A stretch of 64,000 bases of DNA from an uncultured Alphaproteobacteria bacterium (GTDB lineage: Bacteria > Pseudomonadota > Alphaproteobacteria > Rhizobiales > Xanthobacteraceae). The notes under the pieces are model-generated. The model had not been told where the DNA came from and did no database searches. It saw only the letters and a list, made by a program, of their open reading frames with translations. Positions 20,688 through 30,378 of the stretch are shown here, one piece after another. Each line of letters opens with the position of its first letter. Position 1 is the first letter of the stretch. Position numbers and translations under genes: made by a program. The stretch is from assembly GCA_963800155.1 (NCBI GenBank), contig CAWDAB010000004.1, positions 26,755-90,754 on the forward strand, written 5' to 3'.

Positions 20688-21978
20688 CCTTCCGCATGTG
20701 GCCTCCCGCGTGTTCGGGACGCCGCTGATGATCGCGCGCGCCAAGCTCGAAGTCATTCTCGGTGTCCTCGGGCCGCGGCTCGCCGGCGGCGCCCTCGAGG
20801 TGGTCGATCCGGAAAGCGATCCGCCGCCGCTCACGTCGATCACCGTCGAGAAGATCGCGGTGGTGTCGGTGATTGGGACGCTCGTTACACGCTCGGGTTA
20901 CCTCGATTCCGCCAGCGGCCTTCAGGCCTACGGAGACATCGCGGATGCAATCGCCGCTGCGATGGATGACTCCAGCGTGCGCGGCGTCATTCTCGATGTG
21001 GATTCCCCCGGCGGCGAGGTCGGCGGTCTATTCGACCTAGTAGAACGGATCGAGGCCATCAGGAGCGCGGGCGCTAAGCCGCTCTGGGCGGTCGCCAACG
21101 AGAGTGCCTTATCTGCCGCCTACGCCATCGCCAGCGCGGCCGACCGTCTCTACGTCACGCGCACCGGCGAGGTCGGCTCGATCGGCGTCGTCGCAGTTCA
21201 TGTCGACGAAAGCGGAGCCGATGCGAAAGCCGGGCTGGCTTGGACCTTTGTGTTCGCTGGTGACCAAAAGGTCGATGCCAATGCGCACGAGCCGCTCTCG
21301 CAACGCGCCCGCGCAACAATCCAGGCCGATGTCGACCGTCTCTACGCCGAACTCTGCGCACTGGTAGCGGCCAATCGGGGCATCAGCATCGAGACGGCGC
21401 GTAACACGAATGCCGCAATCTACCGCGGCGCACTTGCAATCCGCGCCGGCCTCGCCGATCGGCTCGGCACGCTCGACATCGCCGTTGCCGAGATGGCCAT
21501 CGAGCTCGATCGGCTCGCGTCGGCGCGTATGCCCATCAACCTGATAGCCAAGAGGAGACTCTCCATGGCGACGAACGATACCGAACAGATTGAAAATCAG
21601 CCGAGGGAGCCGGAGCAGCCGGTCGAACCGCAACAGCGGGTCGAGTCTGAACCGGCACCGGCGGATGCGTCGCCCGATCCTGCGCCGGCCGCCGCCGAAC
21701 CAGCGCCCGCGGCAGGAACGGCCGAGAGGCTACGCGCTGAATTCGCCGAGGTCGCCGCCATTGCGACTCAAGCGGCGCGTCTCGGCGTCACTCTCGATGC
21801 CGCCGACGCGCTGAAGAAGGGCATCGCGCCCGATGCGCTGCGCCGCAGCGTGCTCGATACGCTTGCGGCCCGCGCCGAGGCGACAAGTGTCATTGCAGCC
21901 GCCCCGTCCACGCCGACCGCCGGCGACAGCCCAATCGTGCGGCGCGCCAAGGAACGCGCCGCGGCATCGCGCACCTGA
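20680..21978 (+). CDS. S49 capsid maturation protease with scaffold-like C-terminus (gpC-like)
   Basis: LDVDSPGGE, SAAYAIAS and GSIGV motifs; Pro/Ala/Glu-rich linker. Confidence 0.9.
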   Translation: MLDLPHVASRVFGTPLMIARAKLEVILGVLGPRLAGGALEVVDPESDPPPLTSITVEKIAVVSVIGTLVTRSGYLDSASGLQAYGDIADAIAAAMDDSSVRGVILDVDSPGGEVGGLFDLVERIEAIRSAGAKPLWAVANESALSAAYAIASAADRLYVTRTGEVGSIGVVAVHVDESGADAKAGLAWTFVFAGDQKVDANAHEPLSQRARATIQADVDRLYAELCALVAANRGISIETARNTNAAIYRGALAIRAGLADRLGTLDIAVAEMAIELDRLASARMPINLIAKRRLSMATNDTEQIENQPREPEQPVEPQQRVESEPAPADASPDPAPAAAEPAPAAGTAERLRAEFAEVAAIATQAARLGVTLDAADALKKGIAPDALRRSVLDTLAARAEATSVIAAAPSTPTAGDSPIVRRAKERAAASRT

Positions 21979-22000
21979 TCAACCATAAGGAGCACCCGAC

Positions 22001-22390
22001 ATGCCCACGCTGACCATAGCGCCGACGCTCGGCGACCTGCTCAAATATGAACTCAACGGCAATTACACCCGCGAAACCGTGACGCTCAAAGCCGGCACGA
22101 ACTATGCGCTCGGCTGCGTGCTCGGCAAGATCACCGCGACGGTGAAGTACCGGCTCTCGCCGGCCGCCCAGGTAGTCGGCGACGAAGGCGCGGAAACAGC
22201 CGTTGCCGTGCTGTTGGAAGCGGTCGATGCCACGGTCGCCGATAAGACCGGCCTCATTGTCGCGCGCGGCCCCGCCATCGTGTCCAAGGTGCCGCTCGTG
22301 TTCGACGCCTCAGTCGACGACGACACGAAGAAAGCGGCCAAGCACGCGGAGCTCTCCACGGCCGGCATCGTCCCGCGCGACACCGCCTGA
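22001..22390 (+). CDS. Head decoration protein (gpD-like)
   Basis: Position, size and G.VLGKITA motif. Confidence 0.8.
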   Translation: MPTLTIAPTLGDLLKYELNGNYTRETVTLKAGTNYALGCVLGKITATVKYRLSPAAQVVGDEGAETAVAVLLEAVDATVADKTGLIVARGPAIVSKVPLVFDASVDDDTKKAAKHAELSTAGIVPRDTA

Positions 22391-22422
22391 TCTGACAACG
22401 CTCTAATCCCACCCGACACAAC

Positions 22423-22462
22423 GGGCCTCGACGGAAATCCCCGTCGGGGCTCGAAGCTTTTT
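22423..22462 (+). terminator. Hairpin followed by a short T-run between the decoration and capsid genes
   Basis: GGGCCTCGACGG-AAATCC-CCGTCGGGGCTC forms 12 bp with 2 G-U pairs, followed by GAAGCTTTTT; could be a weak terminator or a stability hairpin. Confidence 0.4.
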
Positions 22463-22475
22463 CAAGGAGACCTCA

Positions 22476-23498
22476 ATGGCGCCGATGATCAATCCCTTCG
22501 ACGCGGGCGGCTACACGCTCGCCGAGATGACCCAAGCCATCAACATCCTGCCTAATGTCTACACGCGTCTCGGCGAGCTCGGCCTGTTCCGCTTCGAGGG
22601 CATCACCCAGCGCAGCGTCATCATCGAGCAGGCCGAGGGCGTGCTGAACCTGCTGCCCACCGTGCCGCTCGGCGGGCCGGCGACCGTCGCCAACCGCGAC
22701 ACCCGCTCAATGCGGTCCTTCACGGTGCCGTGGATTCCCCATGACGACGTGATCACGCCGCAGGATATCCAGGGCGTTCGTGGCTTTGGCGTCGCGGATG
22801 CGGCCGATCCGCTCGCCACCGTGATGGAGCGCAAGCTCACCCGCATGCGGGGCAAGCACGCCCAGACTCGAGAATACATGGAGGTCAACGCCCTGCGCGG
22901 CGTCGTCAAGGACGGTGCCGGTACCGAGCTCTACGACTATTTCGACGAGTTCGGGCTTGCCCAGCAGTCGGTCGACTTGGTGCTCGGCACCGCCGGCACC
23001 AACGTGCAGGCCAAGTGTCGCGAGGTGCTGCGCGACATTGAGACCGAGCTCAAAGGCGAAACCATGAATGGAGTGCTGGCATTGGTCAGCCCGGGCTTCT
23101 TCGACAAGCTGATCGGGCACTCCAAGGTCGAAGAGGCCTATAAGTATTTCTCCTCAACCGGCGCCCAGCCCTTGCGCGAGGACACGCGCCGGCGCTTCCC
23201 CTTCGCCGGTATCGTGTTCGAGGAATACAACGCCACCGTCACGCTCTCGACCGGCGCCACCGAGACCCTGATCCCGGCCGGCGAAGGCATCGCCTTCCCA
23301 CTCGGCACCATGGACACCTTTGTCACCTATGGCGCCCCGGCCAACCTGATCGAGACCGTCAACACCGTGGGCCTGCCGATCTATGCCCGGCAGATCGCGC
23401 GCCAGGACGGCAGCGCGATCGACGTCAAGACGGAAGCCTCGCCGCTGCCGGTGAATAAGCGCCCGCGGCTGGCGGTGAAGATTCTCACCAGCAACTGA
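22476..23498 (+). CDS. Major capsid protein (gpE family)
   Basis: 340 aa after an AAGGAG RBS; S.PLP...RP C-terminal motif; expected position. Confidence 0.9.
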   Translation: MAPMINPFDAGGYTLAEMTQAINILPNVYTRLGELGLFRFEGITQRSVIIEQAEGVLNLLPTVPLGGPATVANRDTRSMRSFTVPWIPHDDVITPQDIQGVRGFGVADAADPLATVMERKLTRMRGKHAQTREYMEVNALRGVVKDGAGTELYDYFDEFGLAQQSVDLVLGTAGTNVQAKCREVLRDIETELKGETMNGVLALVSPGFFDKLIGHSKVEEAYKYFSSTGAQPLREDTRRRFPFAGIVFEEYNATVTLSTGATETLIPAGEGIAFPLGTMDTFVTYGAPANLIETVNTVGLPIYARQIARQDGSAIDVKTEASPLPVNKRPRLAVKILTSN

Positions 23499-23513
23499 GC
23501 CTGACCGTCTTCG

Positions 23514-23831
23514 ATGATCGACTTCGACGCCCTGGTGCTTGGGCCCGTCTACGACGCGTTCGGCGAGCCTGCCGTGCTCACGCTTGCGTCGGCGAGCCAC
23601 GACGTAACCGTCATCGATCACACCCAGGGCGTCGAGGTCGAGGATGGCGGGATCGGGCTCCAGACGATTCGCTCCGCGGTGGACCTGCGGCGCAGCGCGC
23701 TTCAAACGCTCGGCATTACCGTCGCCGATCTCGTCGGCGGCGAGCTCGTGCTCGGCGGAGCAACTTGGCGTGTCAAGAGCGTGATCGAGAACGGCCTCGA
23801 GCTACGGCTCATCGTCATGCAGGACCAATGA
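23514..23831 (+). CDS. Head-tail connector (FII-like)
   Basis: Position and size; beta-rich sequence. Confidence 0.6.
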   Translation: MIDFDALVLGPVYDAFGEPAVLTLASASHDVTVIDHTQGVEVEDGGIGLQTIRSAVDLRRSALQTLGITVADLVGGELVLGGATWRVKSVIENGLELRLIVMQDQ

Positions 23832-24274
23832 CCGACAAGCGCGAAGACATCCTGCAGCGGCTCACTGAGATCGCCGCTGGTCTTCCCGGCGTCGTCACGG
23901 CAGTGCGCAACCAGGACGAAATCTCCGAGCACGCGCGCCCGGCTATCGCCGTCTTCGATGCCGACGAGACTGCCGACGAACGGGCCGTGCAACGAGGTCA
24001 CGCGGGGCTCGCGGCCAACATCGTCGAGATGACGCCCGAGGTCATGATCCTGCTCGGCGCCCTGCCGGAGCGGGTCGGCAGCGCGCTCAACGAGCTGCGC
24101 GCCCGACTGGTCAAGGCGGTGCTCATCGACCCGCAACTGACTGCGCTCACCGGTTCAAACGGTCGCATTCGCTATGCGGGCTGCAGCACGCATCTGCGTC
24201 ACGGTCGGAGCATAGAGGGCCTGATGGCCGTGCAATTCGCCTTCACCTACGTGCTGCGCCCAGCCGAACTTTGA
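23828..24274 (+). CDS. Putative tail terminator protein
   Basis: ATGA overlap with the previous gene; KRE.IL..L and PAIAVFD motifs; precedes the tail tube gene. Confidence 0.55.
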   Translation: MTDKREDILQRLTEIAAGLPGVVTAVRNQDEISEHARPAIAVFDADETADERAVQRGHAGLAANIVEMTPEVMILLGALPERVGSALNELRARLVKAVLIDPQLTALTGSNGRIRYAGCSTHLRHGRSIEGLMAVQFAFTYVLRPAEL

Positions 24275-24284
24275 AGGAGAGCCC

Positions 24285-24830
24285 ATGCCTGTATCTCTGA
24301 TCGCGCCCGACGCCGATAACTACCAGGTCGGCAAGGGCATCGTGTCGTTCAAGCCGGACGGCGCCGCCGATTACATCGATCTCGGCAATGTTGCCGAGCT
24401 GGAATACACCCCGAACATCGAAAAGCTCGACCACTATTCGAGCCGCGCCGGCACGCGCACCAAGGACAAATCAGTCGTGCAGACCCGCAGCGGCACGCTG
24501 CGCATCCTCATGGAGGAATTGACGGCGCAGAACCTGTCGATGCTGCTGATGGGCACGGTCGATGATGCCGCCGTCGGCGGGCCTACCATCGACATCATGG
24601 CCACGGACTCGATCCGCGGCGAGGTGAAATTCGTCGCCACCAACGACGTTGGCCCGCGCTGGGATCTGCAGTTCTACAATGTAGAGTTCAGCCCGTCTGG
24701 CTCATTCAACCCAATCTCGGATGAATGGAACCAGATCGAGGTGACCGGCGAGGTGCTGTTGGCAGCCAGCGGCGCAAACATCGGCAAGATCGGGCTTGCG
24801 CAATTGACCAATCTGCCGGCCGCGCCGTGA
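24285..24830 (+). CDS. Major tail (tube) protein
   Basis: Strong RBS, 181 aa, precedes the chaperone pair. Confidence 0.7.
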   Translation: MPVSLIAPDADNYQVGKGIVSFKPDGAADYIDLGNVAELEYTPNIEKLDHYSSRAGTRTKDKSVVQTRSGTLRILMEELTAQNLSMLLMGTVDDAAVGGPTIDIMATDSIRGEVKFVATNDVGPRWDLQFYNVEFSPSGSFNPISDEWNQIEVTGEVLLAASGANIGKIGLAQLTNLPAAP

Positions 24831-24853
24831 TCTGAAACCAGGAGGTTTGCACC

Positions 24854-25285
24854 ATGGTCAGCCTGCTCGACATTGCCGATCAGCAAAAGACTGTCACGAT
24901 CCGGCACAAGGACGTGGCGGTCTTCGGCATTTCTGCCCAAGACATCGTTTATTTGTTCGGCAAGTTCCCCGAATTGCGCCTGCTGATGTCCGGCAAGCAG
25001 GCTGATCTGACCCCGGAAACGCTGCTCAAGCTGGCGCCCGGCGCCGTCGCCGCCGCGATCGCCGCTGGTACCGGCTCGGCCGGTGACGAAAACGCCGAGG
25101 CGGTCGCGGCGCGATTAGGCCTTGGCGAGCAGCTTGATCTGCTCGCGGCGATCTTCGAGCTGACCTTCCCGCAGGGCGTTGGCCCTTTCGTCGCAAAGCT
25201 GGACGCGCTCGGTCTGCTCAGAAACGCCGAAGCCGCGTCTGGATGGGCTCGGGATACGACATCGCCCGCGCCGTCGAAGAGCTGA
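24854..25285 (+). CDS. Tail assembly chaperone (gpG-like)
   Basis: Position, plus an overlapping -1 frame ORF. Confidence 0.65.
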   Translation: MVSLLDIADQQKTVTIRHKDVAVFGISAQDIVYLFGKFPELRLLMSGKQADLTPETLLKLAPGAVAAAIAAGTGSAGDENAEAVAARLGLGEQLDLLAAIFELTFPQGVGPFVAKLDALGLLRNAEAASGWARDTTSPAPSKS

Positions 25286-25473
25286 TCCACGGCGGCCACG
25301 CGCGCGCCGATGTCTGGAAGATGACGCCCCGGCAGATGGCCGCCTGGATGCAATTGGCCATGCGCCGGAAATTCGGCGAGCGGGCCCAATTGCTGACGCT
25401 GATGCGCGCCGCGCGCGGCGATGACAGACATTTCCAGGCGTTCTTGCGCAAATTGCAGGACGAATCGCAATGA
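25183..25473 (+). CDS. Tail assembly chaperone extension (gpT-like), candidate -1 frameshift product
   Basis: In-frame heptamer C CCT TTC at 25183-25189; the -1 frame is open to 25473 (contains W.MTPRQ). Confidence 0.5.
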   Translation, partial: PFRRKAGRARSAQKRRSRVWMGSGYDIARAVEELIHGGHARADVWKMTPRQMAAWMQLAMRRKFGERAQLLTLMRAARGDDRHFQAFLRKLQDESQ

Positions 25474-26012
25474 CCTCGATCAGCTTGCGGCCGAAGCCCG
25501 GCCAGGGCCCGAAAGATGCCGCCAAGGCGCAGAGCGCTCGCCTGCGTAAGGCAATCACCAGCACGGCCTACAAGATCGCCTCGGAAGTCCAGCAGCGCGG
25601 GCGTGTCGACATCGCGCAAGCCGGCCGCTTCGGGCCCAACTGGATTTTCGGACTGCGGGCCTTCAAGCAGCGCAAGGAGCCAGGCACCAGTCGCACGGTC
25701 GTCACGGTCAAGCACAACATCCCATTCGCGGAGATCTTCGAGGAAGGCGGCGTCGTCACAGGCAAGCCGCTGTTGTGGATTCCGATCAGCACGGAAAAAG
25801 ATGCGGTCGGCATCCGTGCGCGCAAATTCAATCTCCCGCTGTTCCGGATCACGAGCAAGCGCGGCACGCCGCTGCTGATCACGCCGAAAGGCAAGCCGAA
25901 GTATTTCGGCGTCCGCTCCGTCACCGAGCCGAAGCTGTTCCACATCCGCCAGATCGCCAACGACGTGGCCAAGCGCGCGGGCGATTATTTCCACTCCTAC
26001 TTGGACGGATAA
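25470..26012 (+). CDS. Basic phage tail-completion/neck-type protein (gene X)
   Basis: Coupled to the chaperone; natively precedes the tape measure gene. Confidence 0.6.
   Translation: MTSISLRPKPGQGPKDAAKAQSARLRKAITSTAYKIASEVQQRGRVDIAQAGRFGPNWIFGLRAFKQRKEPGTSRTVVTVKHNIPFAEIFEEGGVVTGKPLLWIPISTEKDAVGIRARKFNLPLFRITSKRGTPLLITPKGKPKYFGVRSVTEPKLFHIRQIANDVAKRAGDYFHSYLDG
25845..26012 (+). repeat. Arm A (3' 168 nt of gene X)
   Basis: Homologous to 28514-28681; 47/55 aa identical by manual alignment. Confidence 0.9.
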
Positions 26013-26172
26013 TCCAGACCATCGCACTCACTAAAGCGGCAGCCATAGCCGTACGTCGATCTAAGGCACAGCCAGCACGTCGCGACCCGCCCTCGAAAGT
26101 CTGCTTGGGGCAAAGCGCAGATGGGCTAAAAACCGGCTAGACTCGGTAGCGCAGCCTTCTTTATTCTTGAAG

Positions 26173-26400
26173 CTATCGTACCTCGACAGTTTCGATGCGG
26201 TCGCACTTGGTGCATTTGTATCTTCTTAGCTCGCGAAGTGGTCCCGCCTTCAAATAACTCGTGACGAGCTGCATTGCTTGCCCGCTACAGGTGCAGCGAG
26301 GTGCGTCTGATAGATGATTATCCGATGCTTCGCCAGGCACGTATGGTGAAGTACAAAATAATTTGCATCGTAGCAATGCATACCATACTACCGACCGCAC
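26173..26400 (-). CDS. Small putative Zn-ribbon protein (cargo 1)
   Basis: CxC...CxxC pattern; start uncertain. Confidence 0.3.
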   Translation of the reverse strand: MRSVVWYALLRCKLFCTSPYVPGEASDNHLSDAPRCTCSGQAMQLVTSYLKAGPLRELRRYKCTKCDRIETVEVR

Positions 26401-26607
26401 CGCGCCATTTCAATCAGGCCAGAGGTTAGGACAGAACTGCTGCTGCTTGTCTGATCGGCCACGTGGTGCGGCCGCGATTGGCATCCCTGGCGCGAGTAGC
26501 TGTCGGCTGGGATGTGCGGCTCACTTTGCAATTCTCAAGCGCAATATTTATCGCCTGAATTGACCTGGCTCAACGCGGAACTTCGCGAACGCGATAGTTG
26601 GGCTGTC

Positions 26608-26799
26608 ATGATCGAATTTGACCGCCTATCGAAGCTTGCGGAAAGCTTTTACCGGCAAGCCAGAAGTACAAGTGATGGACTGAAGCGGCGAGCGCTCATG
26701 CAGCGGGGGGATCGACTCCTCAAAAAGGCGCAGGACTTGCGTCGCGAGAGTATCGACACCACGCAGGCCGTCTATCCCGAGTCCGATTTAAACATTTAG
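26608..26799 (+). CDS. Small helical hypothetical protein (cargo 1)
   Basis: 63-aa ORF starting MIEFDRLSKLAESFYRQAR. Confidence 0.4.
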   Translation: MIEFDRLSKLAESFYRQARSTSDGLKRRALMQRGDRLLKKAQDLRRESIDTTQAVYPESDLNI

Positions 26800-27000
26800 C
26801 GCGGTTGAAAGAGAAGGATGTCGCCCTTGGCCCGATCGGCGGATACGCGTCATAATGGATTTTAATGGCGACGAGATCGCGCTGCCGCCGCGATACGGTT
26901 TCGGCGAACAGGAGTGGTGCTGCCGGACACAATTAAACATGTCGGCTCTCTCCTTACCAAGGATTACTACTGTGTTTCGATCGTCACGATCGCTTGACGG

Positions 27001-28104
27001 TCAATTCGCCTTTTTCAATTGCGGTTGATGCACAAAGGCCATCGTCACTCGCAGTCCCTTGCCTCGACAAGTTTCGAAACTGAAATCGGTTTTCACGTTC
27101 TCGCGTAGCGACTGAAGGATTAGCGCACCAAGCTTGCCCGGAACCGGCCAACTCGTATCCTCGGGCAGGCCGCTGCCGTCGTCCGCGACGACGATCCGGT
27201 AGACGTCGCCATCCTCGTGCAGGCAGCGCACTGTGATAGTGCCGCCCTTACGGCCCGTAAACGCGTATTTAAATGCGTTGGTCATCAGCTCGTTGACTAA
27301 GAGGCCGACCGGCATGGCAATGTTAATTGATGCGGGCGCATGGTCGACTTTCAAGTCGAGCCGGATACCATCGACCGCGTAAGTGTGCATGACGGCCGAA
27401 GCGATCTCGCTGACATAGTGACCAAGATCGACGGCTTGGCCGAGGCCTTCCGTGGATAAGTCCTTGTACAACAGTTGCAGCGCTTCGATGCGACCCGCCA
27501 AGCGGTCAAGATTGACCTTGTCACCGTTGCGCTGGCTGCGCGCGTCAAGCCGGATCAGTGCGGTGATGAGCTGCAGATTGTTTTTGACGCGGTGCTGCAG
27601 CTCCTTGAGCAGCATGTCTTTGTCGCGCAGCCGCTGCGCGAATTCCTCACGCTGCGTCCGCTCCCGCTCGGTCACGTCGATGAGGGCGACGATGCGGTAG
27701 GTTTTGCCTGCATCCTCGTTCTCGATTATGCCCGTATAGGCCTCGACCAGCATAAGCTTCGGCTGCTCGCGCCGGAAAGTACCAATGAAGTCGTCGCTCT
27801 TGGAGAGCGCTACGCCGAATGAGAGCTGCGGCTCATCTTCGAGGCAGAAAGAATCGAGAATGGACCAGCCACGGCCGATGATGTCCTGGTGGGCTTGGCC
27901 AGTCAGCGCCTCATAGGCTTTGTTGGCGTAAACGATACGCTGGTCGCCGCGCACAACCTTGGAGATAACGATGGCGATTGGAATGTGATCGAGAAAAACT
28001 CTGAATTCTCCGGTCTCGATCGCTTGTGTCTTTTCCAACGAATCGAACAGGTCGTTAACCGCCTGTTCGGTCGGTTGGGCTGAGTGCCCGTCAGGAGTGG
28101 TCAT
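27001..28104 (-). CDS. PAS + HisKA_2 sensor histidine kinase (cargo 1)
   Basis: PAS domain (IVYANKAYEALTG), H-box LKELQHRVKNNLQ, ELMTNAFKYAF and DDGSGLP. Confidence 0.88.
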   Translation of the reverse strand: MTTPDGHSAQPTEQAVNDLFDSLEKTQAIETGEFRVFLDHIPIAIVISKVVRGDQRIVYANKAYEALTGQAHQDIIGRGWSILDSFCLEDEPQLSFGVALSKSDDFIGTFRREQPKLMLVEAYTGIIENEDAGKTYRIVALIDVTERERTQREEFAQRLRDKDMLLKELQHRVKNNLQLITALIRLDARSQRNGDKVNLDRLAGRIEALQLLYKDLSTEGLGQAVDLGHYVSEIASAVMHTYAVDGIRLDLKVDHAPASINIAMPVGLLVNELMTNAFKYAFTGRKGGTITVRCLHEDGDVYRIVVADDGSGLPEDTSWPVPGKLGALILQSLRENVKTDFSFETCRGKGLRVTMAFVHQPQLKKAN

Positions 28105-28253
28105 GTAAGTCCTCGGCCGATTGCCGGCGCCGCGAGATGACCCACCGAATGACCCCGGCATCCCAATGGGGAGAGATTCAGGCGCAGATAAGGCGGACAT
28201 TGGCTGCGCCGCGCTACAAAAGCCAATTTATGAGTGCACCGCGCGAATAAGCT

Positions 28254-28514
28254 ATGTCCGACAAGATCATCACCGAGATCGTCATCGAGGGCGAGAAGGA
28301 AGCCATTGCCGGCATCCAGCGCGTCGGCAAAGCGGCCGATGCCGCTTTTGCCGATCTTAAGGATGTCCAGCTCAGTTTCGACTTCATCGAACTCGAGAAG
28401 GGGCCGAAATCGCTGACCGACGCTGGACAAAGGTTCGCCGCGTCGATGAAGAACACCGGCACCGTCGTGACCAGCGTGTTTGCCGGCATTAGTAGCGCCT
28501 TCCGCAACGCCGGC
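28254..28514 (+). repeat. Arm B': diverged copy of the first 87 codons of the tape measure gene
   Basis: Homologous to 33040-33300; 73/87 aa identical by manual alignment. Confidence 0.92.
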
Positions 28515-28681
28515 GCATCACCAGCAACAAGGGTACGCCGCTGCTGATTACGTCTAAGGGCAAGCCGAAATATTTCGGCGTCCGCTCAGTCAGAGAGCCG
28601 AAGCTGTTTCACATCCGTCAGATCGCCGACGACGAGGCTAGGCGCGCCGGCGATTATTTCCATTCTTATCTGGATGAATGA
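28514..28681 (+). repeat. Arm A': diverged copy of the gene X 3' end, abutting B'
   Basis: Reads RITSNKGTPLLITSKGKPKYFGVRSVREPKLFHIRQIADDEARRAGDYFHSYLDE*. Confidence 0.92.
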
Positions 28682-28750
28682 TCGAGTGGAGGCCGAACCT
28701 AGGCAGGACGTATTCAAGCGAACTTATCTGGATGGAGTCCTATGATTGGC

Positions 28751-29602
28751 TCATTGCCGTCGCTTGGCACCTGAGCCAATAACGAATTCAAGCTCCGTCT
28801 CGAAGCGGCCGTCGCTCTCAAATTGAGCGATACATTCGCGTACTTCGGCCCAAGCGGTTGATCGCTTTGTTTCGTCCAGATCCGCGATAACCGCGCGATA
28901 GGCGCCAAACGCTTGCTGCATCATTTCGAGCGTGATGTCAGCGCTCGGCAACCGTATTGGCGCGCGTGCGATCACCATTCTCACATCCACCAAACCACAA
29001 GTTTCGAGCAAGCTCTTCAACACCCCGTCGCCCCCCAAGGCAAAGATTCCAGGTTGCCCCGCGGCGGGAGGCTGTTTGCCGCCATGTCGCAACAGGATTC
29101 GCATGGGTTGAGCCATGAATGGATTATTGGCCGGTGTGGAGAAAACCAGCGCAGCGAAGCGCCGTCCTGGCTTGAGTATGCGCTGAATTGCCATCACCGC
29201 GTCGGCTGGTGACGGAAAGAGCATCAAGCCCATTCGGCACATTGCTGCGTCGAACGGCACCAGCTTTGCGCTCAAATCCTCCGCCGCGCATTCCAGCGTC
29301 TCTATATTGCCGATGCCCTCCCGTTCCGCGTGCTGGCGGACATGTTGCAACATGGTGCTTGAAATATCGCTAGCCACGATGACGCCATTCGAACCGACGC
29401 GCTTGGCGGCCTGGATTGTCTGAGCTCCGGCGCCGCAGGCAAGATCAAGGACGCGATATCCGAGTTCGATTCCGGCCATGCTGATCAGAGTATCAGTGAC
29501 GTCTGCGAGTCCGTCTGAAAACGCAGTTTCCCACTTTGCCCAGCCAGGTGCCGCAAACTCCCAAGTAGCTCGAAGCTCTGAGTTCGATGTCTGGCTGATC
29601 AT
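28751..29602 (-). CDS. Class I SAM-dependent methyltransferase (cargo 2)
   Basis: Motif I VLDLACGAG and FDAAMCRMGLMLFP. Confidence 0.85.
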   Translation of the reverse strand: MISQTSNSELRATWEFAAPGWAKWETAFSDGLADVTDTLISMAGIELGYRVLDLACGAGAQTIQAAKRVGSNGVIVASDISSTMLQHVRQHAEREGIGNIETLECAAEDLSAKLVPFDAAMCRMGLMLFPSPADAVMAIQRILKPGRRFAALVFSTPANNPFMAQPMRILLRHGGKQPPAAGQPGIFALGGDGVLKSLLETCGLVDVRMVIARAPIRLPSADITLEMMQQAFGAYRAVIADLDETKRSTAWAEVRECIAQFESDGRFETELEFVIGSGAKRRQ

Positions 29603-29669
29603 TAGCCTCAAATCCCTATTACGGATGCACCAGCAAGCAATGCCGGCGTGGAGATGGTGATCGTTTGGA

Positions 29670-30131
29670 CTAAGAGTATGCCAGCCGTGACGCTTTAAAT
29701 GCCCATCGGCACAGCGCCCACAGAAATAAAGCGAACAGAAAATGTGGCACCGCCGAGGCGACAATCAGTTTGGGCGTGACGGCCAGCCCGAGAAAGCCCC
29801 AGCCGACGATAGGAAAGAAGAACACGAGGACAAGAATCCATAGCGCGGCGCCAAGCCCCAGCGCGCGAAGGAATGTCAGCGCGTCGCGGAACAGGCCGAC
29901 ATAAATTACCGAGAAGGCCGTGACCCAGATGGTGTGGAAAAGCAGGCCCACAGGAAGCGGGAGGGGACAGCTCAACACCGATTCAGCGAATGCAAGCCCC
30001 AGCGGCTTTGGGAAAGGCGAAACACCCGATTTCAAGGCTGCCACCATAACCGCCGCAGTCAAAATGGAAACGCCGATCCCCACGCCTACCGCGCGCGTCC
30101 AATCTTGCGAACTTAGCGAATGCCATTTCAT
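29670..30131 (-). CDS. Integral membrane protein, about 4 TM (cargo 2)
   Basis: Hydrophobic 153-aa ORF starting 2 nt after the GDCCVxC stop; two intramembrane His residues. Confidence 0.7.
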   Translation of the reverse strand: MKWHSLSSQDWTRAVGVGIGVSILTAAVMVAALKSGVSPFPKPLGLAFAESVLSCPLPLPVGLLFHTIWVTAFSVIYVGLFRDALTFLRALGLGAALWILVLVFFFPIVGWGFLGLAVTPKLIVASAVPHFLFALFLWALCRWAFKASRLAYS

Positions 30132-30133
30132 GA

Positions 30134-30364
30134 TCAGCCTCCATTCGGTTCGCAGCCGCAACCTGTGCTGCAGCGACTTTGTGCCTGCACCGGCGGACAC
30201 GGGACCGAGCCGTAGGAGCAGAACACGCAGCAATCGCCGGGCCTGGGCTTGAGGCGCGCGCCGCAACCGCTGCAGTCATAGAAGAACTGGCAGGCGTCGG
30301 TCGGCATCAACTCCAGCTTGGCAGTGCCGCAATGCGGGCAAGTGATCAGCGATTGCTCAGCCAC
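30134..30364 (-). CDS. GDCCVxC-domain small Cys-rich protein
   Basis: ITCPHC, CQFFYDC.GC and PGDCCVFCSYGSVPCPP motifs. Confidence 0.85.
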   Translation of the reverse strand: MAEQSLITCPHCGTAKLELMPTDACQFFYDCSGCGARLKPRPGDCCVFCSYGSVPCPPVQAQSRCSTGCGCEPNGG

Positions 30365-30378
30365 GGTCTGTTTCCGAT

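Noticed and set aside
30134-30364. Selenoprotein readthrough in the GDCCVxC gene
   Set aside because: All motif positions are Cys codons, and the only TGA is the terminal stop, 2 nt before the next ATG.
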